From an uncultured Planctomycetia bacterium (GTDB lineage: Bacteria > Omnitrophota > Gorgyraeia > Duberdicusellales > 4484-171): a stretch of DNA of 64,000 nt. The notes beneath the pieces were generated by a model. The model was not told the DNA's origin. It did not search any database and saw only the letters and a list, made by a program, of their open reading frames with translations. The number at the start of each line of letters is the position of its first letter. Position 1 is the first letter of the stretch. Below are positions 1 to 10,036 of this stretch, in pieces. The DNA is taken from NCBI GenBank assembly GCA_964489445.1, contig CAZAYU010000003.1:65172-129171 (forward strand). Reading direction: 5' to 3'. Position numbers and translations under genes: made by a program.

Positions 1-83
1 GTTTCGGGAGGTCAAAAGAATTTATCGGCAGCCTAAAGAAGTTCTAAGCAAGGTAAAGTATATTTTAAGTAAATAAAAAATAT

Positions 84-1616
84 ATGAAAGTTACTTTTGT
101 GTATCCTGATTTAATTGGAAGTGCTAACTATGGAGGAATATCTTATTTAGGCATAGCTTCTTTGTCTAGTGTTTTAAAAAAAGAAGGATACAATGTGTCT
201 CTACTCCATGTTACGCAGCCACTTAAAAAAAATAAATTAATAAAAATATTAGAAGACGAAAAGACCGATCTTGTTGCGTTTTCTTCAACTACTCAAATGT
301 TTGGGTTTGTCCAACAATGGTCTGCGTGGATAAAAGAAGAAACAAACAAAATACCTCTAATCGTTGGCGGAATTCATCCCACCCTTTATCCTCATCAAAC
401 CCTAAAAGACAGTTGCGTTGACTTGTGTTGTATTGGTGAAGGAGAAGGAGCAATAGTAGAGGTTTGTCAGGCGCTTCAAGAAAAAACAGATGTTTCTGAA
501 ATTTCTAATCTTTGTGGTGTGTGGGAAGGGAAAACATTCTTCAACCCGCCTCGACCGCTTATTGCGAACTTAGATGATTTGCCATTTCCAGACCGTAAAA
601 TATTTAATTATCAAAAATTAGTGGATGGACGGGAAAACACGGCATTTTTTATGGCATCTCGAGGGTGTCCTTATGATTGTTCTTATTGTTGTAATCGGGC
701 TCTAAAGCTGGCTAGCAAAAATTGTAATAACTGGGTAAGATTTAGAAGTGTCGACAATGTTATTCAAGAAGTGCAACTAGAGACAAAAAATAATCCGCGT
801 ATAAAACGTATTGTTTTTTATGATGACATACTTGCTTTACGAAAAAGCTGGTTTTCTGAATTTACTAAAATGTATGCAAAAAATATTGGAATGCCTTTTA
901 GATGTAATATGCGTGCGGATATTTTAGCCAAAAAAGGAATGGCTTCTTTACTTAAGTCAGCAGGATGTTGGAACGTAGTAATTGGCTTGGAAAGTGGCAG
1001 TGATACAGTTAGGAGTAAAATACTTAAAAAAAATATCTCTGACGAACAAATAATTAAAGCAGGAAAAGAGTGTAAAATAGCAGGCATGGGATTATCAACT
1101 TATAATATGCTAGGCATTCCGGGTGAAGATTTTTCAGACATTCTCAAAACTGTAAAACTAAACGCAAAGATAAACGCTAACTTTATGTATGCTTCTATCT
1201 ACTATCCGTTTTCAAATACTGATTTATACGAAGTTTGTCGGAAAAAGAAAATGTTAACTGGAAGGACAGCAATTGACTATGTGGAAGAAACAGTATTAAA
1301 TTTTAATAAGAAAGAACGGGCAAGAATTATTTTTGTCCGGAACCATTTTCGTTTTCTGGTTAATAGCTATCGATTAATATCGAAGCTATCGGCAAAAAAG
1401 GAAAAGTATGTTCACAATATATTTGAAAAAGTTTTATATTCACACTTAACATCGTGGATGGTGTTTATTCCGGCTAACTGGATTTTTAAAAAAGTACGAC
1501 ATAGTCGTTTGTTATCGGTGATTGTTACAAGTATTAAAGCAGCTGCTCAACGAAGAAGGCAACGTGTTTTAGCCAGGAAAATCATTTCTAATGGTATGAA
1601 TATGAGGAACAGTTAA
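84..1616 (+). CDS. B12-binding radical SAM protein (class B rSAM, methyltransferase-like)
   Basis: N-terminal B12-binding-like domain, then CxxxCxxC (RGCPYDCSYCC) radical SAM core. First gene of the polysaccharide operon. Confidence 0.8.
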   Translation: MKVTFVYPDLIGSANYGGISYLGIASLSSVLKKEGYNVSLLHVTQPLKKNKLIKILEDEKTDLVAFSSTTQMFGFVQQWSAWIKEETNKIPLIVGGIHPTLYPHQTLKDSCVDLCCIGEGEGAIVEVCQALQEKTDVSEISNLCGVWEGKTFFNPPRPLIANLDDLPFPDRKIFNYQKLVDGRENTAFFMASRGCPYDCSYCCNRALKLASKNCNNWVRFRSVDNVIQEVQLETKNNPRIKRIVFYDDILALRKSWFSEFTKMYAKNIGMPFRCNMRADILAKKGMASLLKSAGCWNVVIGLESGSDTVRSKILKKNISDEQIIKAGKECKIAGMGLSTYNMLGIPGEDFSDILKTVKLNAKINANFMYASIYYPFSNTDLYEVCRKKKMLTGRTAIDYVEETVLNFNKKERARIIFVRNHFRFLVNSYRLISKLSAKKEKYVHNIFEKVLYSHLTSWMVFIPANWIFKKVRHSRLLSVIVTSIKAAAQRRRQRVLARKIISNGMNMRNS

Positions 1617-1629
1617 ATAAGACAAAGTA

Positions 1630-2862
1630 ATGATATATTCCATTAAAAAAAGCATTATAAAAGTTTTTTTTGTGATGTCCGGGATAGCTTTGTTCCATCT
1701 TGCAAATACGTTTATTTTAGCGAGAAGCCTTTCTATGGGGCAGATGGGTTTATTCCGAATTGTTTTAACTGTTGGTGAATTCATTTTTGTTGTTAGTCTA
1801 TTAGGCATAGATGCTTCATTTATTCGTTTTTTTTCTCGATATTCTCCTTCTCTTTATAGATGGAAGAGATATGTGTGTATGGCGATTGGTCTATCTGCAC
1901 TTTTGGCTTGTGGGTTAGTACTTATAGCCGGTAAATTTTATGAGTTTACTCCGCTAGTGGTTAGCGCGGTGGTTATAGCTGTGGTGTTAAGTATTACAAA
2001 CAGAGCGTTTAACTCTTTTCTTAGAGCGCAAAAATATTTTGGACAAGCTACATTCTTGGAAAGATCCAGTGTTTTAGTTTTTTTTGGCTTACTAATAATT
2101 CTTTTTGCTGTAAAAAAACTTACATTTAACAGTGCGCTTTTTTCTTATCTTTTTGCTGCTGCGGTTGCTGTTTTTTGGATTATTCGGATAAGCACGAGGA
2201 AAATTAAGTCTGGCAAGAAGGCTCTTCCATCAAGCATTTTTAAAGAAGGGTTAATATTTTTCGGAATTCTAGTCACAATAACAATAATGCTTAACGCTAA
2301 CCAGCTATTTATTGCTAAAATGGTTTCCTATGAAAGCTTGGCGGTTTACACTGTTACGCTTTCAATAATGAGGGTTTTTGAGTTGGCCGTTAATGCCTTG
2401 TATTATGTGTTTGTTCCCTCGCTTAACAATGATAAACCTATCGAAACCGGAAAAATATTTGCTTTTTTAGTAACTATTGGATTATTAATCGGAAGTTTCT
2501 ATTTTGTAGCCGGGAAGTCAATGATCCACTTTTTATTCCAAGGGAAGTATGATCAAGGGGCTGAATTGATTCCGTTTTTTGTAGGTATTGGTATTTGCCG
2601 AATGCTTTATATTTTTCCGGCTAGCATAGCTGGAGGCCGGGCTTCAAAAAAGTCGCTAAGGCGGTTTTTTTATGCTAATTGTTTAGCTGCAATTTTTGGG
2701 ATAATTTTGAATTATTTTTTTATTTTAAGAATGGGCATTAAAGGTGCTGCCCTTGCCACAATGTATACTTGGATGCTAGCCGCAATTTTTAGCTGTCTTG
2801 CGGTTAAAAAAGAGTTATTCTCTGGGGTGGTGGGGCGCTTAAAAACCGAGCACGATAAATAA
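1630..2862 (+). CDS. polysaccharide flippase, Wzx-like (MOP superfamily) polytopic membrane protein
   Basis: 410 aa with about 10–12 predicted TM helices. Located in the glycan locus next to a Wzy polymerase. Confidence 0.6.
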   Translation: MIYSIKKSIIKVFFVMSGIALFHLANTFILARSLSMGQMGLFRIVLTVGEFIFVVSLLGIDASFIRFFSRYSPSLYRWKRYVCMAIGLSALLACGLVLIAGKFYEFTPLVVSAVVIAVVLSITNRAFNSFLRAQKYFGQATFLERSSVLVFFGLLIILFAVKKLTFNSALFSYLFAAAVAVFWIIRISTRKIKSGKKALPSSIFKEGLIFFGILVTITIMLNANQLFIAKMVSYESLAVYTVTLSIMRVFELAVNALYYVFVPSLNNDKPIETGKIFAFLVTIGLLIGSFYFVAGKSMIHFLFQGKYDQGAELIPFFVGIGICRMLYIFPASIAGGRASKKSLRRFFYANCLAAIFGIILNYFFILRMGIKGAALATMYTWMLAAIFSCLAVKKELFSGVVGRLKTEHDK

Positions 2863-2943
2863 AATATTTTGTTTTTAACCTAAAGAACAATATTCTATAG
2901 GCGTAAAGTTGAAAAGGCGAAAGAAAGTGGAGAAGCTAATATT

Positions 2944-3684
2944 ATGTTACCAGGGTCTCATTCAGACATAAGATATCATTTCTTTGTTAAATTTCTAAAA
3001 AAAGAGTATTCGGAAAATCCTTTAGTTTTGGAAGTGGGTTCAGGTCCTGTAGGGATTAGTCATTATTGGAAAGGGAAAGTAGTTGGTCTGGATATTGACG
3101 TTCAGAAAAAGAAGAGTAAAAACCTTTTATTAGTAAAAGGAACAGCAATCCAGCTACCGTTTAGAGATAAGGAATTCGATTGCACGATAGCGATAGATTT
3201 CTTAGAACATATACCTCAAGGGTGCAGGAAAAAAGCTGTTTTAGAAATGATCCGAGTGACAAAGAAAGATATTGTTGTTGGAGTTCCCTGCGGGGATAAA
3301 GCAATAGAATGGGAAAACAAGGCTAGAAAAGTGTATGAAAAAAAAATAAATGAATGGAAGAGGGAAAATTTAATCAGAGCATCTTTAGTAAAACAAAGAG
3401 GGGTGTTTTTGATCGAACATGAAAATATGGGGTTGCCTTCCGAACAGTGGCTCTTAAAAATGGTTGAAGAAGCTGCTCAGGAAAGCACAGGGACTTTTAA
3501 TATTAAAGTCTCGGACAATGAAAGTCTTTGGGTTTGGTATTTTTATCTTTTAGCCGAGTTGAAGTATAATTATTTTCGTTGGCTAGCCACAGCGGCATTA
3601 ACCATGGCTATACATCCTTTTTTAAGAAAGATAAAATGGGCAGGATGTTATCGTAAAATTTTTACAATAAGAAGGGAAAAGTGA
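2944..3684 (+). CDS. class I SAM-dependent methyltransferase
   Basis: Motif I 'LEVGSGPVGIS' and an 'LDID' acidic motif, with a Methyltransf_11/25-like layout. Confidence 0.7.
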   Translation: MLPGSHSDIRYHFFVKFLKKEYSENPLVLEVGSGPVGISHYWKGKVVGLDIDVQKKKSKNLLLVKGTAIQLPFRDKEFDCTIAIDFLEHIPQGCRKKAVLEMIRVTKKDIVVGVPCGDKAIEWENKARKVYEKKINEWKRENLIRASLVKQRGVFLIEHENMGLPSEQWLLKMVEEAAQESTGTFNIKVSDNESLWVWYFYLLAELKYNYFRWLATAALTMAIHPFLRKIKWAGCYRKIFTIRREK

Positions 3685-4697
3685 CAAGAAATATTTTTTT
3701 ATCGATAGTTATCCCAGTAAAGAATGAAGAGGTAAATATAGGCAGATGCCTAACATCAGTAATAAATTGTATAAAGGACATGCAACAGGTAGAGGTTATA
3801 GTTGTAGATGCCTGTTCGCAAGATGGTACAGTAGAGCAGGCCTTAAAATTTCCGGTAAATATTATTCAGCTGGAATCATTTTGGACGCATACAGCTTCAG
3901 CAGGTAGGTATTTAGGATGTTTAAATACCTACGGAAAATATCTTTTTTTCATTGATGCGGATACGACACTTGAGTTGGAATTTTTAGAAAAAGCATTAGA
4001 ATTTTTGGAAAAAAATCCAGATAGTGGAGGAATTGCTGGTTTAGACCGGGAGATATATTTTGAGGGAAAAAAACAAGTAGGGCAAAGCGCAAACATCCAT
4101 AAAAGAGATTTGCAGGTAACCAAAGAGGTAGAGTATTTAGGAGCAGCAGCTTTATTTCGGCGAAAAGCCTTGGAAGAAGTGATGTATTTTAATCCGTATC
4201 TTTATTCACAGGAAGAACTAGACGTAGGACAGCGACTGAAAAAAAATGGGTGGAAACTGTATTCTTTTCCTCGTCCGATGAGTATTCACCGCACACATTC
4301 TCCTGAAGGGATAGAAATTTTTAGAAAACAAATAAAAAATAATCGATTTACAGGAGTTGGGCAGTTGATTCGTTTGTCATTCAGTAATGGTTTATTTTGG
4401 GGCAATATTTGGAGGTTCAAAAAGTTTTTTCTTTTTTTAGTCTTGGCGGTGAGCATGATTTTAGCTTTTGTTGTATTTTTGTTTAGCGGAAACAAACAAA
4501 TTATAGTTAGTGAGTGTAGTGTAGTGGCCATTGTGTATTTTTATTTAGTATTTAAAAAGCAAAGTTTAAAAAAAGCAGCAATTAGTTTTAGTAAGTGGAT
4601 TGTTGTTATTATGAACGTAGGTAAAGGGTTGGTAAGGTGTCCCCAAAATATTCACAGCTATCCACAAAATGTTAAAGTCATTCGAAAAGGAAATTAG
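3681..4697 (+). CDS. glycosyltransferase family 2
   Basis: N-terminal 'SIVIPVKNEE' and a 'FIDADT' DxD motif. C-terminal TM helices. GTGA overlap with the upstream gene. Confidence 0.75.
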   Translation: MTRNIFLSIVIPVKNEEVNIGRCLTSVINCIKDMQQVEVIVVDACSQDGTVEQALKFPVNIIQLESFWTHTASAGRYLGCLNTYGKYLFFIDADTTLELEFLEKALEFLEKNPDSGGIAGLDREIYFEGKKQVGQSANIHKRDLQVTKEVEYLGAAALFRRKALEEVMYFNPYLYSQEELDVGQRLKKNGWKLYSFPRPMSIHRTHSPEGIEIFRKQIKNNRFTGVGQLIRLSFSNGLFWGNIWRFKKFFLFLVLAVSMILAFVVFLFSGNKQIIVSECSVVAIVYFYLVFKKQSLKKAAISFSKWIVVIMNVGKGLVRCPQNIHSYPQNVKVIRKGN

Positions 4698-4698
4698 C

Positions 4699-6045
4699 AT
4701 GAATGTTGCTTTTGTTTGTACCGGAGAATTCGAGCCGTTTTTTTATGAGTGTGTTATTAAAAATAATTACGGCGTAGGCATCAATCCTTTTTATGTAGCG
4801 TTTTTTGCCGATACACGTGCGGCAGTAAAAAAAATTAAAAAAGAAATGTATCCTAAAGTCATAAGTTTCAATCAATACCTAAAAAAAGATTATTCAGATT
4901 GTCTGTTAGAGAAGGAAGAGCTAGAAGATGTAGTTTATTATGATTCTCTACGGCGGAGTTTTGGAAAAAATACAGAGATTAAACGACAGTTAATAAATAA
5001 AGCTGTGTACTATGAATACTTTTTCCGTAAGTTTTACTCCGATAATCATATTGAGGCGGTAGTGGTTTGGAACTATTTTCCGGTGACGGTTAATGTTGCT
5101 TGGCGAGTGGCAAAAAAATTAAAAATAAAAACCATTTTTTTTGAAAACGGGCCGCTTTCCAACACGCTAATGATTGATTCCCAAGGAGTTAATTTCCAAA
5201 GTTCTTTGGCGTTACGCAAGAAAGAGTTTTTTGAAAATCAAAAACTACCACCAAAGGGATGGAAGAAATATCTACAGAATTATCCGCAAAAAAGAACGGA
5301 GGCATACAAAAAGAATAGAGGGATCATGAATCCACTGCTTAAATTTTACTATGCTTTGTTAATGCGTAATAAAAAATACCGTAGAATATTTCCAGAATTA
5401 ACGGATGATAATATCCGGAAGTCGTTATGGAAAAAAATGTTTTCAAGAATTATAATATCAAAAAAAATTAAGCTACCCAAGAAATTTGTGTTTATTCCAT
5501 TTCAATATTCACACGATACACAAGTGCTAGTTAATTCTCCGTTTGTTGCCAATATGGAAGCGTTTTTAGATTCTTGTTATTCGGCTTTAAAAGAAGTAGA
5601 TTCCTGTTGTCGAATAGTAGTTAAAGAGCATCCTGATGATTTTTGTCGAAAAAGCTATAAAAAGCTAAGAAAAAAATATCCTGATGTTGTTTGGTTAGCA
5701 AAGTACGATATCCAAGAGCTAATAAGAAAATCCCAAGCAGTAATTACTATTAATTCTTCTGTAGGTATTGCGGCTTTGGTTGAGGAGAAGCCAGTTATTA
5801 CATTGGGGAAAAGTTTTTATAATATTGATGGTGTAGTGTATTATTCTCCAAATTTGCCTGAGCTAAGAAAAAGTATGAAGAAAGTGTTAAGCGGGGTAAT
5901 TAATAAACCGTTGATTAATAGATTTCTTTATTATTTAAGATTTGAATATTTAGCAGAAGGTAATCCACGTTATTGCACGGTAGAAAGCTTAGCGGGGGCA
6001 TGCAGAAAATTAGAAAAAATACTAATGGAGAAAAATAATGAATAA
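4699..6045 (+). CDS. putative capsule polysaccharide biosynthesis protein (Capsule_synth / KpsS-KpsC-like)
   Basis: Resembles the KpsS/KpsC-like family in its 'HPDD' and 'NSSVGIAAL..KPVITLG' segments, recalled from memory. The ATG at 4699 has an AAGGAAA RBS and lies just after the upstream stop; the track ORF starts at 4669. Confidence 0.4.
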   Translation: MNVAFVCTGEFEPFFYECVIKNNYGVGINPFYVAFFADTRAAVKKIKKEMYPKVISFNQYLKKDYSDCLLEKEELEDVVYYDSLRRSFGKNTEIKRQLINKAVYYEYFFRKFYSDNHIEAVVVWNYFPVTVNVAWRVAKKLKIKTIFFENGPLSNTLMIDSQGVNFQSSLALRKKEFFENQKLPPKGWKKYLQNYPQKRTEAYKKNRGIMNPLLKFYYALLMRNKKYRRIFPELTDDNIRKSLWKKMFSRIIISKKIKLPKKFVFIPFQYSHDTQVLVNSPFVANMEAFLDSCYSALKEVDSCCRIVVKEHPDDFCRKSYKKLRKKYPDVVWLAKYDIQELIRKSQAVITINSSVGIAALVEEKPVITLGKSFYNIDGVVYYSPNLPELRKSMKKVLSGVINKPLINRFLYYLRFEYLAEGNPRYCTVESLAGACRKLEKILMEKNNE

Positions 6046-7447
6046 AAAAATAATTTCTATGTTAGCTATTTGCGGGTTATTGGCAATTTGTGTGTCATTG
6101 TTTTCTTATTATCGGCAGGCGTATTACTTATTATTTTTTGGGATTTTGGGATCTAGCGCGTTTATAGTAAAAAAAGGAAAGATTACTATTTATGATTGGT
6201 TAATTGTACTAGTAGTAACCATACCGCTACACACATTACGAATAGGAGGGCAAACGCATTTTTTGCGGTTAACGGAAGTTGCATTTATTCCATTTTTCTT
6301 TTCTTATCTTATTAAAAAAAGAAATGATGCCGAGTCTTTTAAAATACGGAAAGAGTTTTTCTGGATATTTGCATTTTTAATCGTAAATATTTTAGCGATT
6401 TCTAAATCATTGTATCCTTTGGTTAGTATTAAAAAAGTGGCTATCCTGGGATATCTAATATTATTTTGTTATTTAGTGAGTGATATGTTTAAAACAATAA
6501 AAAAAGAAGAGTTAGTAATTAAAGCGATGATTGGTATATCCGCCTGTTCGGCAGTATTGGCGGTGTTTCAGTCATTTTTGCCTCAGCTGCATATTTTATC
6601 CACTAAGGCTTTGACTGTGATAGGTGGAATTACTATTTACCGTGCTTCTGCTGGGTGGAAAGACCCAAACTACTACGCTCTTTATTTGGGGATGAATGCG
6701 GCGCTTTGTTTATCTTTTCTAGTTTCGTCAAGAATTAAAAAAACAACTTTTTTACGAGTTTGTTTTTTTCTACAAATAGCCGGAATTATCGCCACTTTTT
6801 CTAGGATGGGTATTCTTTGCTTTATTTTTGTGTTGGTTTACATGATGTTTTCGTATAATAAACGAAAATTAGGTTGGATAATGTTAATTATAATGATGCT
6901 AAGTGGAGTGGGCATAGTGAGCTCTATTGAGAAAATTTATGAAAAATATCCACTTGCTCAAGCGTATATTTTTCGGCAACCGAAACTAGAAACATTGCAA
7001 CAATATCCACGGTTAATTTTAGTTCATCGATGGGATGCGTTTAGGGCTAATTGGAAAATGTTTTTAGATAATCCTTTTTTGGGTGTTGGTCCGTTTATGG
7101 CTATGGATAATTATGCTGAATATAGGCCGAAAGATGCGTTATGGTATACACGAGAAATGCTTGATTCGCATAATCAATATCTTCAGTTGCTTGCTGAAAA
7201 AGGAATATTTGGGTTTTTATTTTTTATTGGGTTTATTTTTTTAGTTTGGAAGAGATTAAGTAAATATATTGGGCAGAAAAAAGGGCCACAAGCTGAGGCA
7301 ATTGCTATTGGGTTAAGAGGAAGCTTGTTCGTTTACTTGGTGGCATGTTTGGTGGCTCAGACTACGCATGAAGTACAATTTTGGTTGGTTGTCGGTTTAT
7401 CGCTAGCATTATTTAATATTGGTGACGAGAAAATTAATGAGCAGTAA
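6038..7447 (+). CDS. O-antigen polymerase/ligase family protein (Wzy)
   Basis: Polytopic membrane protein with a Wzy_C signature '...HNQYLQLLAEKGIFGF'. Confidence 0.78.
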   Translation: MNKKIISMLAICGLLAICVSLFSYYRQAYYLLFFGILGSSAFIVKKGKITIYDWLIVLVVTIPLHTLRIGGQTHFLRLTEVAFIPFFFSYLIKKRNDAESFKIRKEFFWIFAFLIVNILAISKSLYPLVSIKKVAILGYLILFCYLVSDMFKTIKKEELVIKAMIGISACSAVLAVFQSFLPQLHILSTKALTVIGGITIYRASAGWKDPNYYALYLGMNAALCLSFLVSSRIKKTTFLRVCFFLQIAGIIATFSRMGILCFIFVLVYMMFSYNKRKLGWIMLIIMMLSGVGIVSSIEKIYEKYPLAQAYIFRQPKLETLQQYPRLILVHRWDAFRANWKMFLDNPFLGVGPFMAMDNYAEYRPKDALWYTREMLDSHNQYLQLLAEKGIFGFLFFIGFIFLVWKRLSKYIGQKKGPQAEAIAIGLRGSLFVYLVACLVAQTTHEVQFWLVVGLSLALFNIGDEKINEQ

Positions 7448-8591
7448 AAAAATAATATTTTTAGAGCAGTATTCTAAAGTAAGTGGTGGACAAAAAGTAT
7501 TGCTATCGGTTATTTCCGGATTGAATAAAGATTGTTATTCTCCCTTGGTTATTCTACCGGATAAGGGAGAGTTATTTGTAACTTTAAAAGAGGCAGACAT
7601 CGATGTTCAGATTCTGCCGATGGGATATTATTCTGTGGGCAAAAAAAAATTAGTGGACGTGGTAAGGTATTCTTTTCGATTGCCTTTTTTAATTTTTTTC
7701 CTTAACCAAATTATTAAGAAGGAGAAAGCGAATTTAGTTTATGCCAATGGAGCAAGAACCTTTATTTGGGGGGTTGTAGCTTGCACTCTAACTAAAACTC
7801 CGATGGTTTGGCATCTGCACAGTATTTTTTATACTAAAGCTGTAAAATGGGCGTGTATTTATTTTGGAAAGATGTGTGTTGTGAAAAAGATTATTGCGGT
7901 TTCTGATTCTGTGCGTAGGCCTTTGGCAGCGCTAGGAGAAAAAATAGAAATAATTTACAATGGAATTGATGTTAAGCATTTTTGTTCTTTATCCAGAGAT
8001 AGAGAACAGAGTTGCAAAAGAAGAAAGCTATTAATTATTGCTGGGGGGTTATTGATAGAATGGAAAAACCAAGAAGATCTAATTAAAGCTGCTGGTGTGT
8101 TTATTAAAAAAAGTAATATTCCCGTTGAATTTTTGATTGTTGGAGGCCCCCTATATAAAACCCAGGAGGGAGAAGGTTATCAGCGGAGGCTTAAGAAGCT
8201 AACCATGAGTTTGGGTTTAGAGAACGATATTATTTTTACTGGCCATATAAAGAAAATGACTGATATTTTGCAGAGGGCAGATATCTTGGTGATTACTTCT
8301 AAAATGCCAGACCCTTGCCCGTTGCTTATGCTAGAGGCCATGGCAAGCGGCTTGGCTGTGATCTCGACTAACTTTGGTGGTCCTGCTGAAATAATAGAAG
8401 ATGGGCAAGACGGGCTCCTATACTTGTCTGGTAATTACCAGCAGTTAGCTGAAAAGCTTATCTATTTAGCAAAAAAAAGCAACCGGATAAAAGAAATAGG
8501 AAAAGCAGCACGACAGAAGATTGAGAAGCAATATAGCCAAATAATATTTATAAACAAAGTAAACAAAGTACTTAATTCTCTTTTTTTATGA
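7437..8591 (+). CDS. glycosyltransferase family 4 (GT-B)
   Basis: C-terminal 'EAMASGLAVISTNFGGPAEIIEDGQDGLL' (EX7E-type motif). The ATG at 7437 is preferred over the TTG at 7419. Confidence 0.8.
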   Translation: MSSKKIIFLEQYSKVSGGQKVLLSVISGLNKDCYSPLVILPDKGELFVTLKEADIDVQILPMGYYSVGKKKLVDVVRYSFRLPFLIFFLNQIIKKEKANLVYANGARTFIWGVVACTLTKTPMVWHLHSIFYTKAVKWACIYFGKMCVVKKIIAVSDSVRRPLAALGEKIEIIYNGIDVKHFCSLSRDREQSCKRRKLLIIAGGLLIEWKNQEDLIKAAGVFIKKSNIPVEFLIVGGPLYKTQEGEGYQRRLKKLTMSLGLENDIIFTGHIKKMTDILQRADILVITSKMPDPCPLLMLEAMASGLAVISTNFGGPAEIIEDGQDGLLYLSGNYQQLAEKLIYLAKKSNRIKEIGKAARQKIEKQYSQIIFINKVNKVLNSLFL

Positions 8592-10036
8592 ATGTTTTAT
8601 TTTTAAACCCACCATTTTTTGATAATTTTTCTCGCTCTCAAAGAAGTCCAGCAGTAACAAAAAGTGGAACATTGTATTACCCGATTTGGCTTAGCCTTGC
8701 GGCAGGGGTATTGATGAAAGAGGGTTTTAACGTTTGTTTGGTTGATGCGGTTGCGCAAAGAATAAATAATAAAAATTTAATAAAAAAAATAAAAGAATTT
8801 AATCCAAAACTATTAGTTGTGGATACGTCTACGCCGAGTATTTATAACGATATTAATATTGCTGCAGAGTGTAAAAAGAATGTTCCCAACTGCTTTGTGG
8901 TCTTAGTTGGTCCACACGTTTCTGTTTTGGCAGAGGAGACCCTAGAGAATAACATGGAAATAGATGCTTTAGCGAGAGGAGAGTATGACTATACAATACG
9001 TGATTTAGCGGTGGTAATAAAGAAACGAAAAATGCTAGAGAGTGTTGAGGGTTTAAGTTTTAGGCGCGGAATGAAAATTATTCATAATCCTCAACGCTCG
9101 AAGATTCAGAATTTGGATGCTCTTCCGTTTGTTAGCCGTGTGTATAAACAATTTCTAGATGTGAAGAAATATTTTTTTGCTGCAGCTAATTATCCGGAAG
9201 TTCAAATATTCACGGCACGAGGGTGCCCGTTTAATTGTTTCTTTTGCGTTTATCCACAAGTAATGCATGGTAATGCTTATAGGGTCAGAAGTCCAGATAA
9301 TGTGGTAGAAGAATTTGATTTTATTGCTCGTAATTTTCCTAGTGTTAAAGAAGTAGTTATTGAGGATGATACCTTTACTGTTGATCAGCGTAGAGTGGAA
9401 TCTATTTGTGATAAACTCATCAAGAAAAAGAATAGGTTGTTTTGGAATGCTAACGTTCGAGCAGATTTGGACATTGGCCTAATGCGAAAGATGAAAGAGG
9501 CAGGGTGCAGATTGGTAATAACTGGGTTTGAGAGTGGGGAACAAAAAATCTTAAATAATATTGGAAAAGGAATAACAATTGAGCAATCAGAAGAATTTTT
9601 TCAAAATGCCCGAAAAGCAAAGCTATTAGTACACGCTGCGTTAATGGCTGGAAATCCTGGAGAAGATAAAAAAACGCTAGAAAAAACTTTTTCTTTGGCT
9701 AAAAAAGGGTTTCCGGATACTGTGCAATTTTTTCCGTTAATTGTTTATCCAGGAACAAAAGCGTTTCAATGGGCACAAAAGAATAATTTTCTCAAAACTG
9801 TTGATTACCAACAATGGGTAACAAAAGAAGGGCTTCACAATTGCTTGGTTGATTTACCGGATATTTCTGCGCAAGATATGGTTAATTGGTGCAATGATAG
9901 CCGGAGGAAGTATTACTTAAATTTAAAGTATATTTTTTACAAAATATTTCAGATGGTACGTTATCCTCGAGAGATTAAACGTACAGTGAAAGCAGGGTTA
10001 AAATTTAGCAAACATCTCTTAACATTTAAAAAATGA
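8588..10036 (+). CDS. B12-binding radical SAM protein (second paralog)
   Basis: B12-binding-like N-terminal domain, then 'ARGCPFNCFFCVYP' CxxxCxxC. ATGA overlap with the GT4 stop. Confidence 0.8.
   Translation: MNVLFLNPPFFDNFSRSQRSPAVTKSGTLYYPIWLSLAAGVLMKEGFNVCLVDAVAQRINNKNLIKKIKEFNPKLLVVDTSTPSIYNDINIAAECKKNVPNCFVVLVGPHVSVLAEETLENNMEIDALARGEYDYTIRDLAVVIKKRKMLESVEGLSFRRGMKIIHNPQRSKIQNLDALPFVSRVYKQFLDVKKYFFAAANYPEVQIFTARGCPFNCFFCVYPQVMHGNAYRVRSPDNVVEEFDFIARNFPSVKEVVIEDDTFTVDQRRVESICDKLIKKKNRLFWNANVRADLDIGLMRKMKEAGCRLVITGFESGEQKILNNIGKGITIEQSEEFFQNARKAKLLVHAALMAGNPGEDKKTLEKTFSLAKKGFPDTVQFFPLIVYPGTKAFQWAQKNNFLKTVDYQQWVTKEGLHNCLVDLPDISAQDMVNWCNDSRRKYYLNLKYIFYKIFQMVRYPREIKRTVKAGLKFSKHLLTFKK

Noticed and set aside
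818-1087. Antisense small ORFs inside well-supported genes
   Set aside because: These are opposite-strand shadows with low-complexity products and no RBS. Each lies entirely within a strong-homology CDS. Examples: 818–1087, 1569–1808, 3929–4123, 4286–4531, 10374–10592, 12236–13714 (+ strand set), 14056–14319, 17950–18255, 20276–20494, 21520–21975, 22422–22715, 26106–26432, 27018–27314, 42580–43089, 58991–59248 and 60248–60445.
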